Source: Octopus vulgaris
Lineage: Eukaryota
Direction of reading: 5' to 3'
Assembly (NCBI GenBank): GCA_951406725.2
Contig: OX597818.1
Span: 28,024,001 to 28,088,000 of the forward strand
DNA: 64,000 bases
The translations under genes were made by a program, and so were the position numbers. Positions within the stretch are counted from its first letter, which is position 1, and every line of letters begins with the position of its first letter. The notes below the pieces were generated by a model that was given only the letters and a program-made list of their open reading frames with translations, had not been told where the DNA came from and did no database searches. Shown piece after piece: positions 13,545 through 24,518 of this stretch.

Positions 13545-13900
13545 ATCATCATCAACATCATCGTTTAATGTTCGCCTTCCATATTGGCATGGGCTGGACA
13601 ATTTGACTGAGGATTAACTAGTCAGGAGGCTGCACCAGGCTCCAATCAGATTTGGCAAGGTTTCTGCAGCTGGATGCCCTTCTAATTTCAACCACTCCAA
13701 GAGTGTAGTGGGTGCTTTTTATGTGCCACCGGCACAGGAGCCAGTCAGGTTGTTTGTACACAGGCATCATACAGCCTACTTTTCATGCTGAGTGAGAGGT
13801 CCTTTGTTACCAGCAGAGGTAGAAGCTCTCTGAACTTTGCCCAGGCTATTCTTATTCAAGTAGCTATATGCTCAGAGCATCCACCCCTGCTACTGACTTA
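13545..13900 (-). mobile_element. RTE LINE tail joined to an internal ORF2 fragment
   Basis: Tail motif, then a segment matching the family's RIAWAKFRELLPLLVTKGLSL. Confidence 0.8.
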
Positions 13901-13919
13901 TATATATATATATATATAT

Positions 13920-14056
13920 ATCATCATCATTATTATCATCATTGTTTAATGTCCGTTTTCCATGCTAGCATGGGTTAGACGGTTCGACTGGAGTCTGGAA
14001 GCCAGGAGGCTGCACCAGGCTCCAGTCTGATCTGACAGTGTTTCTACAGCTGGATA
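13920..14056 (-). mobile_element. RTE LINE tail
   Basis: gtttaatgtccgttttccatgctagcatgggttagacgg. Confidence 0.8.
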
Positions 14057-14494
14057 CATATATAGTACATATAAATCACAGTATGTGTATGTATATTGAC
14101 TAATGCATACATTTCCACAATTCTCAACCGATTTTCCCCAAACTTTACACACACATTACTTATGTGTCAAGGATTGGCATGCACTATTTTGTCCAGAACT
14201 CCCACGTAAATGGACAAACCAGAAAAAACGTTGGTTTACAAAGGGTTTTCTCTAATTTGTTGTATGCACATAGTTTTTTGTATTTAGGTCTTCCATATTT
14301 TTCAAATCTCTATGGTCGTATATTGGCATTAGAAAATATGTTTTAGTGGTTTTCACATTTTTATTTATTTATTATTCATTTATACGTTGTAATTGTGTAC
14401 TATTACTTTATATATTATTTTTATATGTGTATTGGTGAATATTGTTTGAGGGTTTTCGTTGGAGAATATTATAAAAGTGAAAGGATATATATAT

Positions 14495-14667
14495 ATCATT
14501 GACGATTTTCTTTCTCCGTCTTCCCTTCTTTGGACTTTTTCTATATTTCTGATAAAGAGCTCCGCTCAAAACATGAAATCCTCTTTCTTTCCTTTCCTTT
14601 CCAATAACACAGTACTTGTTCCACATCCTCACGTTGTTGTTTTTTCTTGCTTGTTCATGTTTGGATT

Positions 14668-14672
<5 letters not shown>
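14495..14672 (+). mobile_element. Penelope-associated short repeat with degenerate minimal hammerhead (14549-14575)
   Basis: ctgataaagagctccgctcaaaac; homologous to the inverted copy at 40050-40240. Confidence 0.55.
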
Positions 14673-14717
<45 letters not shown>

Positions 14718-15002
14718 ATGTGTGAATGTGCTTGTTTGTCTCCAACACTACTTGTCAACTGGGGTCAATTTGTTCGACTAACCCCAGTATGACGACAGTC
14801 CAATGATTGAAACAAGAAAAAGATAAAACATAGGAGATATCTATATAATACAAATGAAGATTTGTAACATAAGCACAATGTCAATCATACCTAATTATAA
14901 AAGAAAAGGCACAGAGGAGAGAGATCGATCAAATCAGTTATGAAGAATAGGTTAGAATATAAGGTGTTCAACCAGAAAATAGCCTGCCTTCTAGAGATAG
15001 TG

Positions 15003-15040
<38 letters not shown>

Positions 15041-16005
15041 TTCATCATCATCATCATCATTTAATGTATGTCTTCCATACAGGCATGTGTTAGGCGGTTA
15101 ACTGGAACTGATATGCTGAGCTGCACCAGCCTACTGTCTGTTTTGGCTTGGTTCCTATGGTTGGATACTCTGCCTAATGCAATCTATTCCATAGAGTGTA
15201 CTGGTGTTCTTTATGTGTTACTGGCATGGGTACCTTTTATATGTCACTGACACAGGTGTCTTTTACGCATTACTGGCACAGGTGCTTTTTGCATGTCACT
15301 AACATGAATACCTTTTATGTGTCACTGGCATGGGTGCCCTTTGTATGTCACTGGCATGGGTATTTTTTGCATGTCTCCAGCACTGATCACAACTACAATT
15401 TCATTTAGCTTGATGTGTCTTCTCAAGCACAGCAAATTGCCAAGTTTCAGTCACTTGTCATTACCTCCGTGAGACTCAACACCCAAAGATTAAAATTCAC
15501 CACGTCTTCATAAGTGTATTTCTTCCACAGCTTCCCTCCATAGCTAGAGTTCGGTATTTCTTAATGCAGTAGTCCATGTCAATATCCATCACATACCCAT
15601 ACCAGCACAATCTTCTTTCTTTCACACTAACATCTGATGCCACTTATACACAATTTTTCTATCAAGACACTTACCCTTCATTGTATGTGCATACAAATAT
15701 TGCACATCCAGCAGAGTATACTAGCTTTATTTCTTTCAAACCTTTGCATGTCCTCTGCAGTTGCAGCCCATGTTTTATTGCTATGTAACATGGCTGTTTG
15801 CACACAGACAATATACAATTTGCCTTTCATACTGAGGGAGAGGCCCTTTGTTACCAACAAAAGTAACAGCTCTTTGAATTTTACCCAGCCCATTCTTATT
15901 CTAGCAGCTATGCTCTCAAAGCTATGCTCTCCTCCACTGCTGACTTGGTCACCTAGATAATGGAAGTTGTCTACTACTTCTAAATCTCCAGCTGAGCATT
16001 TTACA
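15003..16005 (-). mobile_element. RTE LINE 3' fragment
   Basis: ORF 15678-16037 has LEVVDNFHYLGD..IRMGWVKFKELL..KGKLY..CV..AML; tail plus (CAT)n. Confidence 0.9.
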
Positions 16006-16009
16006 TATT

Positions 16010-18800
16010 CTGTAGTCTTCTTGTAGTCTAGCCACATTGCAAAGAGATTATGGAGATGTGGCTTGGCTTCCTTAAGGACAGCTTATTGAGGAGAAACTGT
16101 TCACCACAGCTCCAGACTCCTTTCTTTCTTCCTCCTTGTTTATCAATTATTACACCATTTGTTTGGCAGTCATCTTCAAGTCCACCTGTGTACAGTTGGT
16201 GCATAACATGCAAGCATGCTATGAGCTATAGTTTCTGGCCTTGTGAGTCGCTTTGTTCTTGGGTATAAGAGCAGTCCACACAACTATCAGCTAATCTGGT
16301 ATATCTAGCTCACTGTCCATTGTTTTTATAAACAGAGTCATCACGAGAATTTCCCTGTAGAACATGAGCTTTTTGTACCAGTAGTCTACTATAAGGTCTT
16401 TCCCTGGTGATTTTCCATTCAGTATTTTCATGATAGCCATCAAGAGAGTTTCACTGGTGATGTTATATATTTTGGGAGAGTTATTTACACAATACTCACT
16501 TTATAGTTAATTTAATCATGCTGTCTCATGCTTGTGTTTTTAGTTTACATTCCAGATTACCCACCTGAATGACTCTAGATCTTCATGGGTAAATATCTTG
16601 ATTGTATCACCTTTCATGCAACAATATACAGCTTCCAGATTTCAGACAAACTTTCGATTTATCATTTTTCATCTATAGAAAAGGTGAAAATGTGTAGGTA
16701 GAAATTCCATAAGATGTACCTAGTCTAAGCTATTGACACATAAGAAGTGCAGAAAAGATTAACAAGGAAATTATTTTTTGGGTGGATAAGGTGTACAAGT
16801 ACAATTAACACTAAAAATCTACAGAAAATAGATTCCATCAAATGCCAGGGAGGAAAACTAGAAGTAGTTGATAGCTCCCGTTACCTAGGTGACCAAGTTA
16901 GCAGTGGGAGTGGATGCTCTGAGAGCATAGCTGCTAGCATAAAGATAGGCTGGGCTACTTCAGAGAGCTCCCACCTCTGCTGGTAACAAAGGGCCTCTCC
17001 CTCAGCATGAAAGACAAATTGTATGAAGTCTGTGTGTGAACAGCTATGCTACATGGCAGTAAAACATGGGCTGTAACTGCCAAGGACATGCGTAAGCTTT
17101 GGAAGAAATGAAGCTAGTATACTTTGCTGAATGTGCAATGTCAGGATGCTTGCACAGCAGAGTGTAAACGTCTTGAGAAAAAAGCTGGGCATCAGCTGTA
17201 GTGTGCAAGAGAAATGACTGTGCTGGTATGGTCATGTGATGCATATGGATGAGGACAGGTGTGTGAAGAAGTGCTTAACTCTAACAGTGGAGGAAATCTG
17301 TGGAAGAGGTAGACCCAAGAAGACAAGATCAGGTGGTGAAACATGTTCTTTGAATGTTGGGTCACATGAAGGCAATGACAAGTGCTTGAGACCTTTGGCA
17401 ATATGCCACACTTGATAAGACCCATCAAGCCAAAGGAAATTGTAATCATGGCCAATGCCAGTGTCACATATTTGGCACGTAAAAACATCTTTTGAACATT
17501 GGACAATATGCCGTGCTTGAGAAGATCCATCTAGCTAAGTGAAATCATAGTCATGGCTGATGCCAGTGTCATGTAACTGGCACCCATGCTGGTAGCATGT
17601 AAAGAAGTACCATTTTGAATGTTAGGCCTCATGGAGATGGTGTCAAGTGACCAAGACCTTTTACAATATAATGTGCTGAAGTCCTAGTTGTGGCTGATGC
17701 TGGGGTTGTGTAACTGGCACTGATGCTAGTGGCACTCTTGGAGTGGTTTATGTTAGGGAGGGTATCCAGCTGTAGAAACCATGCCAAATCAGATTGGAAC
17801 CTGGTGCAACTCCCCAGCTTAATAGTTTTCAGTCAAACCATCCAGCCTATGTCAGCATGGAAAATGGACGTTAAATGATGATGATGATGATGTAATTTTT
17901 TACAATAAAGTTTTACACTTACCACCAGTAGATTGTGTTTAAGGGTGATCACTTTGCCTTGTGAGTGTTTCTTGGCAATAATTCCCATACAATTTGGTGA
18001 ATTTATCATGCAATTATAGCTGGTGATTCATGAATTTAATTTTAGCTTCATATTTGATGATAGTGTTGAACTGTCCTATCTTTTTCCTGAGTACATTGAT
18101 GTTGTTCTGGAGGCTGGTAATCCATTTTGGCTCAGTATTATTTTTTTGGATCAGTGTCTTTTACTCCCATCCTTTTGTACACAGTTACTGCAGTACAATA
18201 TAGCAGGACATTTATTGTCCAAAACTGGGAGCTTGAATTTGAGCTACTTGTTCCCTTACAACTTTGTTGATCAGTGATAACATCAGGTCGATTGGTTTTT
18301 CCAACTTAAGTCAGCAATGTTCTGTCATGCGTCATGCAGGGCTTTATGTATGTAAGAAATAAAGTTTTGCTTGAACTTTGATGCAAACTGTGATTTTAGT
18401 ATTTTATAGTCTTCACTTGTTTCTGTAAAATCATAAGTGGTTGCCACATGTTCATATAATGGCAACAGTTTGTTATTGTTGTGTTCATCTTTGTTGGTGC
18501 TTCTTGATCAAACTCTTTGCAGAAAAAAGTTTACTGTATTGTTAATATGAGTATTATCATTTTGTGTATTTTGGCTGAATGATTTTGCTTGGTAGGATGG
18601 CATATTTCTTTTCAACAAAGTTTAATTGTTTCTCTGAAAAATGTGGGCATGTTGGGTATTTCTTATTCTAATACACTTTAAGTCTCTTCATGTAGCCTAT
18701 TAAAGGACTTTCTCCAGCCTTTCTGTAGAACTGGTATAGGTCCTGGTTCAGCTTGAAAGTCCACTGGAAACTTTCTAGATAGTTCCATGATTTGCAATAG
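16010..18800 (-). mobile_element. R4/Dong-like (RLE-clade) non-LTR remnant, split by an RTE insertion
   Basis: Manual translation: TINVLLYCTAVTV (~18190), EPKWITSLQNNINVLRKKIGQ (~18100), IACLHVMHQLYTG, KQGGRKKGVWSCGEQFLLNK, NLFAMWLDYKK (~16030); these resemble R4/Dong ORF motifs. Confidence 0.6.
16705..17892 (+). mobile_element. RTE LINE 3' fragment
   Basis: KLEVVDSSRYLGDQVSSG, WYGHVMHMDED; 3' UTR subrepeats; ggacgttaaa(tga)n tail. Confidence 0.9.
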
Positions 18801-19057
18801 TCAACTCTGGATTCTTTCATCACCATGGTGTATGTATAGTAATTTTCTATGAGGTATGTGTTTCACTGCTTATGTACTACTACAACCTTTTGAACAAAAA
18901 TGTTGTTTCTTAGCATTTACTCCAAAAAGATAATCATTTCTTTTCCCAAGATTGTATTAATGGCAAAAATTATAGGGGTTAATATACATTATTCATCAGA
19001 ATGATTAGTCCTCTATACCAACATATCTGTATTCAATGCCATGATATGCATACATTA

Positions 19058-19166
19058 ATGTATGTATGCATTTATGTATGCATGCATGCATGTATGTATG
19101 TATGTATGTATGTATGTATGTATGTATGTATGTATGTATGTATGTATGTATGTATGTATGTATGTA
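19058..19166. repeat. (TATG)n tetranucleotide microsatellite
   Basis: Directly visible. Confidence 0.95.
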
Positions 19167-19889
19167 CAAGTGGGTGTGCATGTATGGGATGGTCATGCAT
19201 GTGCATGTGTATTTATGTACACATGTATGCATTCATGTTTGCATTAACATCTACTGTTGGCTAAATGAGTAACACACTTCAGTTCAACAATGGCACAGGG
19301 TTGAATACTTAGCCACACAAGATGTCTCATGAGGTAAAACATAGTAAATATTCCTTATTTTCTTTATGCGATATATTTCAGTTTATAAACATAAAGCTAT
19401 GGCACCACTACTTGTTGAGTCTTTGTGCACTTTTAGAGATTAAATATGTAACTTAAATGAAATAAGACCATACTACCTAGGTTCATATGCATCTTTTTAT
19501 AGTATAGCTACTGGCATGTATTTCACCATGTTAACTTATAATTCCTCTGTAGAGTGCTCTGTAGGCTTTCTTTCCAGTACTCTTGAAGACAATCATTTCT
19601 CAGAATAATGTAAAGTAATTACTTTGCTCATTTGTCTCTCCTTGGGTGATTTATATACCACCCACCTATGACTCAACACTTGCTATATATTGCATGGGTA
19701 AATAGAATCCAGTCTTCCAATCAGTGGCAGCTGACAAAGTGAATATTCAATAAAGTGTTTAGATCTATCTTTGTAGTAAATATTTCATATTTTGTTTATG
19801 TGGTATATTTGGGTCCATTCTTTCCTAGTGAGTTGATGTGCCCTCTAAGTGAACTAAGATTGTACTGCCTGGGTTCATGTAAATTTTAT

Positions 19890-21519
19890 CTACTTACAGG
19901 TAGTAGGTAGTTGCTTTAAGTAGGTGACCTAATTAGTAAAGGAAAACTATATTCTGAAAGTATGGCTGCTAAAATTAGAAGTGGTTGAAGAAAGTCCTGA
20001 GAGCTATTAGCTCTGTTGGTAACAAAAGGCCTCCATCTTTCACTGATATTGTGCATGAATAGCAATGCTACATGGTAGTGAAGCATGGTCTATAAATTCA
20101 GAAGATGTGTAAAAGTTACAAAGAAAATGAAGCTAGCATGCTTTGCTGGATGAGCAAAGTCAATAAGCAATATACAACAAATTGCAAATGGGTTGAGAGA
20201 AAAATTGTACATAAGAGTCATCAGATGTAGTGTGCAAGAGAGAAGAACACACTGGTATGGTAATCCGATGCACATTGATAAGGACAGCTGCATAAAAAAG
20301 TGCTAACTGCTACATGTGGATGGAATTTATGAAGGGAAACCCACAAAGACATAGGATGTAGTAGTGAAAATAGATATCAGGATACTGAGCTTCGTGCAGA
20401 TGATAAAAAACAGATGATTGTTGATCTGTTGTGCTCAAGATCTGGTTATCTCAGCCAAAAATGGGGTCCTAAAAGCATATTGCTTATGTCTGTAACCTTA
20501 CAATCTGTCCTAATCAAACCTTCCCAACAACCCATCTTCCTAATACATGCCCCTCCATCACTATTTTAATTATGGCATTATTTACTCAACTATTGCAATT
20601 ATATTTCATCCCACTTTTGTTTTTATGTTGCTATTTAACCAAACCTCTCTTTGAAACCACTTCCCTTGTCAACCATCTTGTATTCACTATGGCATACCAC
20701 TGTATTTTCCACTGAATGCCTCATTACCCTGAACATCTTTGCATACCAACCATTATTGGACCCTCCCCACCTTTGTTCATTACTCACCATTTTTGACCTC
20801 TATATACATCTGACTTTCATCTCTCTACAGTACTTTCCTTTCTCCTCCACTCCACACGCTTTACATTCTCTCTCTATTTCTCTTCTGAACCATCCTTTTA
20901 TGTATTACCACTTATCACCCTATCTCCCCTGATCCATTCCTATTTTCTTTAACCTCTTTCCAAACTGTAATTCACCATTAATTGCTTTCACCCAAGTTCA
21001 CCATCTACTACATTCACCTCTATTTCCATTTCTAATCTTTTGTCACTCTCCTTTCATACTCTTGTGAGTTTACCCATCCAATCTTCTGGTCCCTTGTCCC
21101 TATTCTCTTATATTCACCTTCTTGTATCTTGAAGCTATGCTCTGACATCTCATCACCACCATATTTTCTCCCTTTCCAGTTTGGGTAGCCATATATCTCC
21201 TCCACAGCAAGACACCTGTTCCTGTCCCTCTATCATACTTAAGCCTCTCAACACCTGGAACAAAGCCAGATCCCTTGATACAGCACCCCAAATCAAGTCA
21301 GGAGATATTGTTTTGTGAGTTACTTTGTGACCTCATAAGTGACAATACTCTTAAAAGAACATCCAGTACACCCTGTAAAGTGACTGGCATTAGGAAGGAC
21401 ACCCATCTGTAGAAACTGTTGTAAAAAGCAGACATTGGCACTCAACACAATCCTCTGGTTCATCAGATTCTGTCAAACTGTTCAACCAATAACAGCATGG
21501 AAGACAGATGTAAAATGAG

Positions 21520-21540
<21 letters not shown>
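19890..21540 (+). mobile_element. Old RTE LINE 3' fragment with long pyrimidine-rich 3' region
   Basis: Degenerate LLVTKGL, AMLHGSEAW, VQERRTHWYG; tail ggcattaggaaggacacccatctgtagaaac..(gat)n. Confidence 0.7.
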
Positions 21541-21552
<12 letters not shown>

Positions 21553-22432
21553 GGTGTGTGGATGGGTGGATGTGGGGTGGGAGTGGTGGTGGTGCAGCTG
21601 CGGTGATGGTGTCTTTCACAGTACAGAACCGTCTCAATGTAAACCAAGATCAGAGGGACAATGATTCATCTGTCTGTTTAATGAATGAGGGCCAACTTTG
21701 AAGTACTGAGTTGGGGACAGAGTAAAAATGAAAATGACTGCTAAGAAAGAGAAAGATGTAAAAAAAGAATAAAAACGAAATCGGAGAGCCAAAAATAAAG
21801 ACAGGCAAAAGGGAGACAGAGAAATAAAACAATAATTACTGCGCTCTCTCCCTCTCAATCTTTTTCTTTCTTCCTCCCAGTCACTCTCTCTCTCACTCTC
21901 TCTCTTTCTCTCTCTGTCCTTTCAATGATAAATCTTTTCATTTTTTTATACTGTAGAATGGAAATGAATACAAAGTGGGAGGTAGAGGGGAGAATAAATT
22001 TACCGAGAATGGAAAGAAAAAAGTGAAAGTAGAAAAGTCTAAATGGATTTCAAACTTGATTGGTTAGAATGAAAGTAGTAGTGAGGGTAAGAGAGAGAAG
22101 TAAATAACAAAACAATTGGTTGTCCTAAAAGTCGTTGATAGCCAGATAATGAAAGTGAAAACATTATCTCCTCGACAAGCTTGGTTTAGTTTTATATTCT
22201 CATTCACACCATAAAATGTAAGTGTAAAACTCACTGATGTCGGTAAGTAAATATTATTTAATATTCATGTAAATCTTGACAACAAGAAAATGTAACTTTA
22301 TGATTTCTACTGTCCAACTATTGAAGTTTAAATTCATATTCTGTTTAAACTTGGAAGTTTTATGTCTATTTAACTGACTCACAAAAAAAGCATTGTAACT
22401 TATATAAGCATACACACATGAAATATATGCAT

Positions 22433-22459
<27 letters not shown>

Positions 22460-22468
<9 letters not shown>

Positions 22469-22830
22469 GCTTCTTTCTTGTAGACAAGTAAAACCATTGC
22501 TAGAAATAATAATGAAATGAATTATTGATGGTGCAATGTGAGGCCCTTGTATGACTCTTGAGCCCAGTCAAAGACTTGCACATTCTATTGCATAATGCAC
22601 AGCAATGCTGGCTGGCAGAGGAAACAGGTGCCACAGTATGAATTCTTTTGACATGTGTTTCCAATCCTCCACCTGGAAGGTACACATTTCCACAGATTGC
22701 ACATGTTCTGTTCTGAACAATAGCCGAATCACAATTTACAGTGGGTTGATTCCTGTGAGTTCTCTGATGTCTGACCAGGGCTGCATGACTCAAGCATTTG
22801 CCCCCACATAACACACACATAAAAAGCGAC
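22460..22830 (-). mobile_element. Three C2H2 fingers, probably the C-terminus of a 5'-truncated RTE-type LINE
   Basis: CVLC..HQRTH, CAIC..HVKRIH, CALCNRMCKSLTGLKSHTRASH; no TGEKP linkers; last finger resembles the BovB-type terminal finger. Confidence 0.5.
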
Positions 22831-23246
22831 ATAATAAAATATGAGTGGGCATGCATATATCTTACATATGATAAATGCCATAGCCTGTCAGTTCGGCTTG
22901 CAGGAAAGGTGAGTAAAACAACAGACGAAGTGGGAGTGGGTGACATTGACAGATGCTGAAGCAGGCCGCAGCATTTAAATGCTTTTCTCTGGATACACAG
23001 ATATTTTAATCAAAATAACCTCCAAATTTTTATCATAAATTGTATTTACTTTATCATTTTCTCTCTCTCTCTTTCCCTCTCCCTCTCTCTCTTTCTCTCT
23101 TACTCTCTCTCTCTCTCTCTCTCTCTCTTACACACACACACACGCAATTATATATAAAAACTTAAATATTAAAACACTTTTTTCGAAATATCATTCACAT
23201 AGTATATATATATATATATAAACGCTATGTGTTATGTAAATTATGA

Positions 23247-23289
<43 letters not shown>

Positions 23290-23366
23290 ATATATATATA
23301 TATATACACATACATATATTTATATATATGTATGTATGTTTGTATATGTATATATATACATACATG

Positions 23367-23459
<93 letters not shown>

Positions 23460-23496
23460 AACTTACTTGGAAAATGATGCGTGGTGTTCGATCATA

Positions 23497-24495
23497 AAAT
23501 AATATAAATAATATATAAATATAGGCATATATACATACATATATGTACATACCTACATATATATCTATATATACATGCATATATGGGTACAGGACATAAA
23601 AAACGTTGAACACAATGAGAAACGAAAACAAAAACAAAAACAGAAACGAACTTTTTTCGAACAACGAAAAAACAACAGAGAAATGAGACATACAACATAA
23701 AGAATATTCTCCTTCAGTTGTCTCTGTTTCATCTACTCCATGTTCGAAGGTAAGGACAAGACACGACTTCGTTGAAACAGTCCTTTCCGCAAAGCAAATT
23801 AAATAAAATTTGAAATTATTTGCGGAGGGTGAAAGTGGTTACAAGAACAGGACACTAAGAACAAGACAATAAAAAGAACAGGAAAGTGAGAACAAAACAG
23901 TAAAAACAAACGGTGAGGGCTGTTAGGCCAAGATGATAGGGTTGGGGTTAGGGTTAGAAAAATTATTATGAATGCGAGGAAGACGAACTTATGAAGGAAA
24001 CAGTATAAGCACGTTTTTTTTCCTTTTCGAAGGTTGTGGGTAGAAAGACAGATTATCTTTCGTCATGTGTCAGCGACGAGAGAGTCGAGGAGGAGGAGTG
24101 AGAGAGGGGAAATTCTTTCTACTGTTGTTCTTACTATCATGTTCTTGTCACCACTTTCAGCCTCCGCAAAAAATTCCAAATTTTATTTAATTTGCTTTGC
24201 GGAAAGGATTGTTTCAACGAAGTCGCGTCTTGTCATTGCCTTCGAATGTGGAGTAGATGAAACAGAGACAATTGAAGAAGGAGAATATTCTTTACATTGT
24301 ATGTCACGCTTCTCTGTTTTTTTTCATTGTTCGAAAAAAGTTCGTTTCTATGTTTTTTTAATGTTTTCATTTCTCATTGTGTTCAACGTTTTTTTATGTC
24401 CTGTACCCATATATGCATGTATATATACTCATATATGTAGGTATGTACATATATGTATGTATATATGCATATATTTATATATTATTTATATTATA
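23497..24495. repeat. Inverted repeat pair, arms ~23497-23870 and ~24125-24495
   Basis: gacacgacttcgttgaaacagtcctttccgcaaagcaaattaaataaaattt vs aaattttatttaatttgctttgcggaaaggattgtttcaacgaagtcgcgtc. Confidence 0.9.
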
Positions 24496-24518
24496 CATAC
24501 ATACCTATATATATATAT

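Noticed and set aside
23939-23958. Telomeric repeat
   Set aside because: Only about three imperfect TTAGGG-like units; too short for an interstitial telomere call
24235-24290. Hammerhead in the inverted-repeat arms
   Set aside because: Boxes are in permuted order and stem II cannot close canonically
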